This document shows, piece by piece, positions 11,201 through 20,000 of a stretch of DNA of 20,000 nucleotides; the stretch's first letter is position 1, and the number at the start of each line of letters is the position of its first letter. The translations under genes were made by a program, and so were the position numbers. Below the pieces are notes generated by a model, which saw nothing but the letters and a program-made list of their open reading frames with translations, was not told where the DNA came from and ran no database searches. Source of the stretch: Catajapyx aquilonaris (taxonomy: Eukaryota); NCBI GenBank assembly GCA_000934665.2, contig JYFJ02001475.1, positions 58,862 through 78,861 of the forward strand, read 5' to 3'.

Positions 11201-14200
11201 CTATTTGCCAGGAAAAACTTTTTCATCCTGTGCTGTGTACAAAACATGCATAACCTTCAGGAATTTACGACATTTGTCACTTAAAAATTAATTGCTTTAA
11301 TAAATAGCATGTTGTGAATGACTCCTTAACTAAGTACGACTGTAATTAAAGGTAATGACTGCAATTAATATTATTCCCCCGTTGGTTCCAGAACAACTCT
11401 CCTAGTAATTACAGTCCTGTGCATCATAACGACGCTTATTATGATCGCCTGCACGTACAGCTACAGGCGGATTAAGGTCTTCAAAGTGGCAAGCCCTATC
11501 TTCCTGTGCATAACGCTTGTCGGCTGCAGCATAATGTACGGAGAGGTAAGGTCTCTCTCTTGTTCATTGTACCAGTGCACATTTCTAAAACGGACCTGGC
11601 ACTTCCAGATGGCAGCAATTTTCCCGGTTCTGGACAAGTATTCCTGCATAGCTACAAAATGGACGAGACATCTAGGTTTCTGCATCACATACACTGCCCT
11701 TTTAATGAAAACTTGGCGGTAAGAATTTGTCGACATGTTGATGCGTTAAGGGTTTAACTATTGCTTGCATTGGCAGGGTTTCGTTGACTTATCGTGTGAA
11801 GTCAGCACACAAACTGAAGCTAACGGACAAACAGTTGCTGCAGTGGATGTTGCCCATAGTTTTAGTCATGGTGATATACTTAGGCAGCTGGACATTAGGC
11901 GCACCTCCGCATGCCGAGTACATCTCGGACGGAGCTGGTCTCCGATTCAAACAATGCAGCTACGACTGGTGGGACCATAGTTTAGCAATAGGTAAGTCAA
12001 CAATGCAAAACTAACAACGTCTATGATTCCAACACAATATTGTTGCAGGAGAAGTCCTGTTCCTCTTGTGGGGCATCAAGGTGTGCTACAATGTGCGCAA
12101 CGCTGAGTCTTTGTACGACGAGGCCAGGTACATCAGTTGGGCAATTTACAACATCGCCATTGTTAATATCGTCATGGTCTCCATACAGTAAGTACTGCGA
12201 ATTTCAATGGTAAACCGCTTTTGGCATGCCGTCTCTCTCGAGAAATCAGTAGACTGTAAAATTCTCGCTTTTAGCCATTTGCTTCCAGTAATATTTTTAT
12301 GGCCCTCTCCGAGACTTGGTATTGATTTCACTTCCAGAGATATCAACACTTGCATTCGCACTAAACGGCCCCCTAATAGGTCTCTTCAAAAATTACTTCT
12401 CGGGAGCATTTACGAGCGTTTTAGACGACAGCCTATTAAAACTTGCAAATGCGATTCAAGGTGCAATGCGAGCCTTATACTTCCTTGGGACAACCTCTTT
12501 TATCGTTTAGGAGGCAGTGGCAAAATGTGTCTGAGCATCGCACCTTCTTGTTATCAATTATTATGATTATTCGTTTTTACATCAGTAGCAAACCTACAAA
12601 GAACGTGAGAAAAGTGAGGTACCATGACGCATGATGTTTCATCTATAGACCTGGAGTATATTAAATGCGACTCATAACCTTCATATACGCTTTCTGCGAA
12701 GTGGTTGCGCTATTTTGGATACATCCTGGAAAATATGTCATTAAAACTCAATCCACCTAAATCTCTCGGCTTTTTGATGCTCCTCATTATTGCAAATTCT
12801 AAGAATTTCCAGTGAAAGGCAAGTAAAAATACAACAGCAAAATAGGACATCGAAAGCGACAGGAAATATTTGAATGCTACAATGAGGCTATATCAGACAG
12901 TATCACGTACTACGCAGTGATATAGCTGATTGTAAAGAGCTTACACTGGCACAGGTAGCAATTTGTACAGCTCAAAACCACATCATGCATCGCATATCAA
13001 AGTGAACATATTTAGAAAATGTCAAATGTCAAGCCTAAAAATAATTCTGACGCAGTATCACTCTCACGCATTCCAGTATACAACCTCTGCATAATTCCTC
13101 TTCATAATTTAGACCTAATTAAGATATTGATCATACGCTCCCAACAATGTATACATTCGCCAAGCAAAACACAATGAACTTTATAGAATAATTAGATCAC
13201 ATTTTTTCTCCCTCATCCTCCCTCGAGACCTGGTTTTCCCTTGACGGCACAGTCACGTACACTGCATCCGAAAAGAGACATGACTGCGGGGAAAACTGTT
13301 GTACGGGCCCTCCCAAAAAAGAGCATTCGGATGGTCTTAATGATTGCCCCACCCAACCTGATTATTCAGAGCGGGTAAGGGTGAGCAATTGCATGGCACA
13401 AATGAGCTCTTCAGTTGAACCCCAAAAAAAGCATCATTAGTGTATACCCATTTGGATTAAAAATAGGAGTCGACTTACAGTAAATAAAAATTACAAAATT
13501 CAAATTTATAAAAATTTCAGCTTCTGGTGTCGTTCATCAGGGAACTTGAATTAAACCCTCTATTTTGTCCAGTAGATGGCTTTTTACTGGTCCCAGCACC
13601 GGGTGGGGATATTTGTCAGCATGCTATAAAACAGGACATTCACACACAAAACGGCTGGGCTTCCAAATGAAGGTTTCGGATATTCGCTCGGACCAGGCCC
13701 ATACAGAGGTTACCACCCCCTGTTATGGTGATGGTGGGCTTTTTTTTATTTAAAAAATGATAGCAATTTGTCCTACTCATGCAGAGAAAAGGCGATGGCA
13801 TTATAAGCATCGTGTTTGCTCGGGCTCAACAATCGGGTTATGGCCTTCTCAGCATGTACACTACGGTATGTAATGAAAGTGAAGGTTGAGAGAGGGAGGT
13901 AATGTAGGTGTTTCATTAGAACAAAGGTAGTGGCGCAGAATAAGCATATTAGGATAAAGAACGGTATATGATGGTATCAACTACCACGTTAGCGGATCAA
14001 CAAGTTTAAATCCTAACTAACTTTTATCTCTCTTCTTTTCCAGCTTGTTTATATTCCCCCATGCAGGTCCGGATATTAAGTACCTCTTGGGCTTCCTTCG
14101 CACACAACTCAGCACAACCGTTACTATCGCTGTCGTTTTCGGACCCAAGGTATCATCACTTTTCTTTTTATGGTGGCTATTTTGAAACTTCTTTCTTTTT

Positions 14201-15266
14201 TGGAGCGGTACAAAAGTGTGCCTTCCTGTCTCCGCAGTTTTATCGTGTGATCAAAGGCTTAGGAGATCAGTACGACAACCGTGCTAGAGCCAGGGGAGTG
14301 ACAGCCTCGTTTTCTCTAAACGGAATCGGACTGGTCAACGAGGAGACACCAGATTTGTTCCAAGAAAATGAAGAGCTCAAGGTACGTCAACATGTCACAA
14401 TGTTTATCATACATACTCCTTCAAGTCAGACATATGTGACACATAGTTCTTACGCAGCATCCCAACTCATGGTCGTTAATTCCAAGCACCTACTTCTTTT
14501 TCCCACCCTTTTATTGGATCGTAGCTGGAAGATTTTTCTTCTTCTTTGCACTCCTCTTCTTTATCCTGGGGGCCTTAGCAGGACTCTTCTCTTTTATACG
14601 GGGACATCTAATGAAAGGGGATGGCCTCCAGTGAGTCTCCTAACGGCCTTCCTACACAATCTGCTTCTCCCGGATGGAATTTCCACTAACTACAAAGTGT
14701 GGCACTAGGCCTAGGAATTCTCATTTAAGATTGAAGAGTGATACAGTCGGACGTTAGTTACGGATAGTGTCAACTTCATGCTATCAAAATTATAGTCACT
14801 TGCAAGTTGACAAGCATCGCATGGTGTTCCATTTTGGCTTACTAAAGTTTGTGACGCTTCTCATAGATGGCAGTGGCGTCTGCTAGGTGTGGACCTGGGG
14901 AGTTATCTTTTGTGAGAGTCGTGAAACTGCCTGGCTGCAATTATTTATCTAAAAAAAACATATTACTTAGAACAAACTTTTGATTTGAGATGTAGGCAAT
15001 ACTAACACCCTTCAATTTGACAGGAGGAGCTTCAGAAACTGGCTGCACAGATAGAGTTCATGAAGATCGTACACATGGAGATGAACAACCGTCACCTGAA
15101 GCCAAAGTCGAGCAGCTACTTCAGTCCTAACAGCGCCAACACCGCCAACTCCAACCCGAGTCCCCTGGGAAAGAACTCTGCTTTCCTCAAACTGGAGAGT
15201 GGGAGTGGGGAGATCCCATCCTCCCGCCTCTCCCCAGCGGCCGAACTTCTCAGCGAGCGAGTATGA
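2180..15266 (+). CDS. CG31760: Class C orphan GPCR, GPR158/GPR179-like (probable ortholog of Drosophila CG31760); 13 coding exons, 736 aa: join(2180..2275,2568..2766,8884..9286,10039..10195,10674..10785,10948..11080,11392..11545,11609..11718,11777..11991,12049..12187,14044..14149,14238..14381,15024..15266)
   Basis: All 12 introns are GT..AG and phase-compatible, and the joined length of 2211 nt is divisible by 3. Family motifs seen: [41 protein letters not shown], CxxCxxGCxxCVDDSPC, 7 hydrophobic helices with [16 protein letters not shown] and VFGPKF, and the tail [31 protein letters not shown]. Orthology is from recalled sequence, not a search. Confidence 0.93.
2568..2766 (+). CDS. CG31760: GPCR coding exon 2 ([16 protein letters not shown]...LPSLDTI)
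   Basis: tttttgcag acceptor, G|gtaagt donor, phase 0 in and phase 1 out. Confidence 0.85.
4050..4079 (+). mobile_element. Helitron-like 3' terminus (GC-rich hairpin then CTAG followed by T); 5' end not defined
   Basis: ccc...gagcgaagcgaggg-tttttCTAG|t fits the Helitron pattern of a subterminal hairpin and CTRR end before a T. Confidence 0.5.
4116..4323. mobile_element. 208 bp MITE, Tc1/mariner-type (TA flanks, CAGGGTG termini), almost fully palindromic
   Basis: Perfect 37 bp TIR CAGGGTGGTCCAACATCAAGTGTCGTTTTATAACGGC at both ends, further internal inverted matches (gacgtagcagcgacg/cgtcgctgctacgtc), and TA at 4114-4115 and 4324-4325. Confidence 0.88.
4925..4948. repeat. Short imperfect (TTC)n repeat
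   Basis: ttcttcttcttcttctccttcttc run. Confidence 0.7.
8243..8570. mobile_element. Degenerate ~330 bp MITE with C(A/C)GGGTGTT termini, Tc1/mariner-type
   Basis: Left end ccgggtgtttcataa matches the reverse complement of the right end (cagggtgttccgtaa). Subterminal ttctttgggggttg pairs imperfectly with aactcccaagaa. The right flank is TA and the left flank is CA (decayed). Confidence 0.6.
8684..8829. mobile_element. ~145 bp fold-back, MITE-like element with 42 bp perfect inverted arms
   Basis: 8695-8736 ttcaattagttccggccactttatcctggtcttgaagcaacc is the exact reverse complement of 8777-8818, with imperfect extension on both sides. No clear TSD. Confidence 0.75.
8884..9286 (+). CDS. CG31760: GPCR coding exon 3 (ectodomain; [13 protein letters not shown]...[19 protein letters not shown]...)
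   Basis: tctccttcag acceptor, GG|gtgagt donor, W..PY..C...W..Y motif of GPR158-type ectodomains. Confidence 0.92.
10001..10030 (+). repeat. (TAAA/CAAA)n simple repeat next to the exon 4 acceptor
   Basis: aataaataaataaacaaacaaataaataaa lies directly before tatttcag. Confidence 0.85.
10039..10195 (+). CDS. CG31760: GPCR coding exon 4 ([20 protein letters not shown]...[13 protein letters not shown])
   Basis: tttcag acceptor, ACG|gtaaat donor, DINQC and GTHKC motifs. Not in the ORF track. Confidence 0.93.
10326..10567 (+). promoter_or_regulatory. Intron 4 cluster of TCAAGG(T/C)CA and AGCCAATCA motifs (putative nuclear-receptor/NF-Y enhancer, or a degenerate tandem repeat)
   Basis: TCAAGGTCA at 10326, 10365 and 10559; TCAAGGCCA at 10406; AGCCAATCA at 10380, 10456 and 10538. 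Confidence 0.5.
10674..10785 (+). CDS. CG31760: GPCR coding exon 5 (EGF-like, [23 protein letters not shown]...)
   Basis: ttcttatcag acceptor, G|gtaaat donor, Y.C.C..GFY motif. Confidence 0.95.
10948..11080 (+). CDS. CG31760: GPCR coding exon 6 (AWRDR...[26 protein letters not shown])
   Basis: ttttccaacag acceptor, AG|gtaaat donor, Cys-rich stalk before TM1. Confidence 0.94.
11392..11545 (+). CDS. CG31760: GPCR coding exon 7 (TM1, ICL1, most of TM2)
   Basis: ggttccag acceptor, GAG|gtaagg donor; translates as [51 protein letters not shown]. Confidence 0.95.
11609..11718 (+). CDS. CG31760: GPCR coding exon 8 (TM2 end, ECL1, TM3)
   Basis: acttccag acceptor, CG|gtaaga donor; [25 protein letters not shown]. 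Confidence 0.95.
11777..11991 (+). CDS. CG31760: GPCR coding exon 9 (ICL2, TM4, ECL2)
   Basis: ttggcag acceptor, G|gtaagt donor; [23 protein letters not shown]...[15 protein letters not shown]. Confidence 0.96.
12049..12187 (+). CDS. CG31760: GPCR coding exon 10 (TM5, ICL3, TM6)
   Basis: tgttgcag acceptor, CA|gtaagt donor; [40 protein letters not shown]. Confidence 0.96.
14044..14149 (+). CDS. CG31760: GPCR coding exon 11 (ECL3, TM7)
   Basis: Long pyrimidine tract then ccag acceptor, AAG|gtatca donor; [35 protein letters not shown]. Confidence 0.95.
14238..14381 (+). CDS. CG31760: GPCR coding exon 12 (helix 8 and proximal C-tail)
   Basis: tctccgcag acceptor, AAG|gtacgt donor; [48 protein letters not shown]. 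Confidence 0.95.
15024..15266 (+). CDS. CG31760: GPCR coding exon 13 (coiled-coil and C-terminus, ends ...LLSERV*)
   Basis: ctaac branch-like motif and tttgacag acceptor; [31 protein letters not shown] stop at 15264-15266. Confidence 0.94.
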   Translation, partial: EELQKLAAQIEFMKIVHMEMNNRHLKPKSSSYFSPNSANTANSNPSPLGKNSAFLKLESGSGEIPSSRLSPAAELLSERV

Positions 15267-17064
15267 CTAATAGTGAATAGTGAGGAGGTCTGGCTGTGAC
15301 CCAAGGGCCGCCCCGGGACGGCCCTCCGTCGACGTTCCCTTGAGACGCACCCTCACCACTTTGCTGCTTCATACTTCTAGTCACATATGCGAGGTTTTTC
15401 CCTTTGTTTTATTTTGTATCACGATCACGGATTTGTCACTTTCCCACTTTCGTGAGTGGCCAATCCGAGTTCTGCATTTTTTTTCTTCCAGAAAATGACA
15501 CTTGTAGGAATGCCCTTTCTGATCGGTGCACAGTACAATGTGCAGAGTTTCTATGAACAAACGCACTTATAAGGAGCCAGTATGCACATGCTACGTGCAG
15601 TACAGTATGTTAGGTTTGCTACCAAAAGCGGATAAACGCACATTGAGCCGTTTTAATTTCATGCGCTAACTTGAGACATTTTCAACAAAATGGCAGGTCA
15701 TGCAAAAATGGAGTTCCATGCAAGGTGACAGTTTCACATACGTCTCCAGCATGAAACAATAGTTATGATCATATTCATTGTCTTATGAGGTCATCCAACT
15801 GCAATTGACTAAGTCTAAAAGGTGTGATGAATAATGTAATGACATCCACAGGGGGGGCTGAATGTCTGATTCACCCTATATTGACCTTTACTTTAGAAGG
15901 TGACACAAATGGCATCTCCAACAAGCACCAACTCGAACGATCCTAGAGACAGGATATGAAGATGTACGACCATTCTCCAAACCATTCTCATGGATTAGGC
16001 ATCACTTTTACGAGGTTCCGATTACTTATGCATCTACCAAAAAAGTGTCAGCCCATACCATTACATCCAAACTGGTTTTGGGAACAGGTCTTTTTGACAC
16101 TTACGGATTGTGGAGAATTTACGATATTGAGGAATCGCCATTTCAGCTCACCTTGCATGGAAACCCCATTTTTTGTGTATAAAAATCACCAAGCTGACCC
16201 TGCAATTTGCACCACGACCTCTCAAAGGAATTCTAGATGAAATCGAGTCAATGAGACATATCACAAGATGCCTTTCCTCCACAGCTTCACCCATTGACTA
16301 TGATTTCAAATCACACAAAAAAAATCGACTTTACTATAAAAAAGGGGGTTTAAAAAATGCGCCTCCTCACTATTCAACAACAAGTGAAATGTTTCGGACG
16401 CGACTTTAAAAATCTGTGAGAATTCAGACTTGTGTCCTGATTATAACGGTTATTTTTCATTTTAACGACCGCGACACTCAACAAATTTCGTCCAGTGGTT
16501 TTTCTCTTTACTTCTTCCCCTACTATGTGTTCGGTACCAAGCACAAAAATGGACTGTACTGTATATGAAGACTCTTCCTGTGCACACACTTCTCGAATCC
16601 GGGAGAAGGGGACATTTTTTTATTATTTTGACTCACTATTTACTTTTTTGAAGAGAGATATTTTGAGACTGATTCTTCAATTTTTCTGTAGTTTTATCCT
16701 TCTGTGCTCAGTGTACACGTATTGCGACCCTTTGACCTTCCTCCCTGGGCACCGAAATGACGCTTCCATTATCACGTGTCGTGCAGGTTCTTTATATGTG
16801 TGTGGGTGTGTGAGTGTATGCATTCATGAGCACTGATAGTAATTAGTGCTCAAGAATGTAATTAACTGTTCTTTAGAGTGAAGACTAATGGTTTAGAAAG
16901 GAGGAAACTGTGTGATGATTGTAACCCATATTTTTGGTCCTCGTTGTGTTTGCTCGTTCGTTAGAAATTCTATAGTGCACTCACTTGCAGGGGTGGTGTA
17001 ATGTACAGTGTGTATATAATTATTGTGAGTAAGGCTGTGGTATTTAAAAACAAAAAAAAATAAA

Positions 17065-17270
17065 GGCTATTGATTCAATGTCATCAGTAATATTTATAAC
17101 CCTAGTCGTAGTGGGTCTAATTTGCAGATGTGTTTTAATGATGGGTGTGACCACTATTGCTCATTATCATATGTATAAATCACTAATATTGGAATTAACT
17201 AGGGTTATAAATAAGGTGCAGCTCTTTTTTTCTCCTTCTTTCTCGATAGCCTGAAGGTGAATCAATAGCC
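17065..17270. repeat. Nested inverted repeats, probable non-autonomous DNA element relic
   Basis: Outer 13 bp IR ggctattgattca (17065-17077) / tgaatcaatagcc (17258-17270). Inner 16 bp IR tatttataaccctagt (17091-17106) / actagggttataaata (17198-17213). Confidence 0.7.
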
Positions 17271-20000
17271 CAATACCAAATGGGACTTTTAATAGAGTAG
17301 GGCACGGTCAGATAATGGACACGACAATGGCCACCAATGAGAAGTTACCACTTCAGGGAATGTATACTTATAAAAATATTAATACCTACTTTGTGAATCA
17401 CCAGTTTAGGGTACCACCTAAGGCTGTTCAGTAGATTTTTTTTCTTTCCCTATCTCCAGTCTACAAGGCTTCTATAAATACTCGCAGATTGATCAGCTAA
17501 TTTCAATATTAATATAAGTCACTTGGTAGGGCTTAGAATCAAATTTTTTTTAGCTCAGGTTAGTAAGAAAAGTGTGTCAACTTTTTGACTTTTGGCGTAA
17601 GTTTCCACCCCTGAAGTTTTAATCTGTACAAAAAAAATTTGCTGCGCTCTTTTTTGTCTCTTTACGTTTCTGTGTACATAAAGTACTGTATTTAAAAAAG
17701 AGAGATTTTCTAGTACTTACCTCCTCGAACGGTCGACAATAAGTGAAGCGCACGCTGATTGGTTGAGCGGAAGGTCGGTGTCCTTTTATAAAAAATCATC
17801 TTCTTGAAAAGAATTTATCTGTTGGGAGGTAACGTGTACCAGAGATTATGTCAAAACTTCGTCGACACTTATTTCTGCGTAGATTGAAAGGTCATTTGGA
17901 TTTGGGGGCAAAACATTATTAATTTTCTCTGATTACTCAAGATTGTTACCATTTGATACTTGATTAGGAAAACTGCAGAACGTATTAAAGTGATTTCTTA
18001 CTATATTGCATGGACATACACATTAATTGTTGCATGTAACAACAGGTGGAAGCAACTGATTGCAGGCATGTCAGTCGCTCCACCTGTTGATGGATATGCA
18101 AGAGTTTATGCAATATATTGTACTTAATAAATTTTTATCTGGCGGTAAAGCACATTTACATAACTTCTTTCGTACAAATTAGCAAATTTTATGCAGATTT
18201 GAAGTACATGTTAGGTCCAATTCTGACAAGGAAAAGACGGCATCAATGTTGTACAACTATACTGCCTCATTTTTGAATGTGTAATCAAATAAGTAAAGAT
18301 TTCAATCTTTAACATTAAGATATCGGTATATTTCACCATTATGAGTCTTCGGTCCAGAGATTACTAGCCAGCATTTAAAATCAAATAAAACCGACATAGT
18401 GTAGCACTATATACTAATGGAATATATTGTACATTGTTAGATACGACTCGATTGTAACGCCCTGTAAATATGGGCGGACACTTGTAAGTAAACACCGGAT
18501 AAGAATCCGGACTTGAACTGCGCACTTGTACCATGGGTTTAGTGTACAAAGATATTGTAACTTCTTTTGGAAGAGGGATAAAAAAATGAGCTTTTATAAA
18601 TAACGCTCTCTGCGATATGACGAATTTACACAAACCATATTTATCGTTTAAAGATCGCAATTATTGTACATATCCAGCATTTTGACTCTTTTTTGTAAAC
18701 CAAAATAATACAGTAGGATACGGATATGTAGATGACATGTAGATTTTTGCTGTTGATGTATTTGATGTGAGTGATGTTTAATCAAGTTTTGAGCAGTAAT
18801 CTCTGGGCTCAGTTGACTTTTAAAGAATCTGAATCCGCAGTGAGATAAAGTCGTTTTGATGTGCCTTAACAGCCCCATAACTTCAATCTGATCAGATTCA
18901 ACCTGCGCAGGAATAGTATATGCAACCCATATATACGTTGGATGAAGGAATTCACGTTCCATTTTATGGTGTGTACCGTTTTACGGTGTCCTGCTGTTTT
19001 GTGTGTCGCTCCGGATAACAAAAATATACATACATACTGTGTATAAGGCGTACATGCTACAGCATGTATTGTTAAAAGAACTATTAGTGCCCGATTATAA
19101 ACTGTATACTTGCTGGGAAATAGCAACTTTTTGGTTGGTTAATAAAGCCAGTGAAAATATTGTTGTTGGATTGTTTTCAGAATGACCGCCATCAATATTG
19201 CAGCACTATCAGTTATGTAAGTGATTATTATTTTATTCTGATCTCGGCTTTGTTGTCCGTCACTATAATGTAATTCGTTGCAGCTGTTTGTTTGGCTGTG
19301 ATCATCTGCAGCATGTTGCAATGTAATCCCAGCTAAATAAGGTACTCTATCCAAGTCCCCCACCGTATGATGTTAGGGAAATAATGGTTGGTTAGGTTAG
19401 GCAACGAGATTTTTTATTAAAAAATCAGGCTGTTGAATCCAGCCATCTTCATATTGTCATATCACCACCAACCCCAGTATGTTCAAGCAAGATTGTGAAA
19501 TTAAAATTCCAGCAAACTTCATTAGACACTCACGCTGGTTCATATAATTTATGACCTATTATGCACTTAATATCGGTGATTAGCAGTTTAAAGTGCAGTA
19601 GATCGGGTGTTATCTTCTAAGACCGTCGCGTCGCACAGTGGGCGCGGAGCCCAGTTTAGGACGACATAAATAGGTTTTGCGAATTTTATCAAAACATCCA
19701 TTAAGGAACAGTAAATGAAAGACAAGACTTCCACAATGACACTTGAGATTGGAAATTGGAAAACACTGCCCCTTTTTTTCTATGTGGAGGCCGACACTTT
19801 GCCCCTCTTCCGTTTTCGATTTCGCGATGCGTTTCATGCAGTCATTACAATATTCCCTGGTTGTCATATGCGTGGGTGAAAATGGCTGAAATGATTTTTC
19901 CTGCATGATTTGACGACGCACTTGATATTTAAGCACAAATATCCTCTGGTGAGAATTTAGCTTATGTTATTTTTATAAAAACACTTGACCCCTCCTTATA

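Noticed and set aside
14061..14237. N-terminal part of the 215 aa ORF
   Set aside because: It reads exon 11 in the wrong frame plus intron 11. Only 14238-14381 is confidently coding in this frame.
15821..15875. C/D box snoRNA-like arrangement (GTGATGA...CTGA, ggtg/cacc stem)
   Set aside because: Only about 55 nt, no clear C'/D' boxes or recognisable guide, and not intronic.
18364..18962. Two abutting minus-strand ORFs (104 and 98 aa), possibly a frameshifted gene or viral relic
   Set aside because: No motif I can recognise; BLASTX would be needed to support it.
19387..19401. TTAGG telomere-like repeats
   Set aside because: Only two exact units.
1..20000. CRISPR arrays, operons, tRNA/rRNA genes or prokaryotic defence systems
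   Set aside because: The sequence has eukaryotic spliced architecture. I saw no regular repeat-spacer array, cloverleaf or rRNA sequence, and the intron 4 repeats are too degenerate and irregular for CRISPR.

Overview
This is eukaryotic (probably arthropod or other invertebrate) genomic DNA. It is dominated by one complete, intron-rich + strand gene for a class C orphan GPCR of the GPR158/GPR179 family, closest by my recall to Drosophila CG31760. I assembled 13 coding exons by hand (2180..15266, 2211 nt, 736 aa); every junction is GT-AG and phase-compatible. The protein has a signal peptide, a Cache-like ectodomain, a Cys-rich/EGF-like stalk, 7 TM helices and a C-terminal coiled-coil. The 6.1 kb intron 2 carries several MITE-like inverted-repeat elements and a Helitron-like 3' end. 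The best non-coding observations are a dense, quasi-periodic array of TCAAGGTCA (NR5A/FTZ-F1/ERR-type) and AGCCAATCA (NF-Y-type) motifs in intron 4, a near-perfect fold-back just upstream of the exon 3 acceptor, a pre-miRNA-like hairpin near 18.0 kb, and a possible small spliced secreted-peptide gene near 19.2 kb. I found no clearly novel multi-gene system. All family assignments come from recalled motifs, not database searches.
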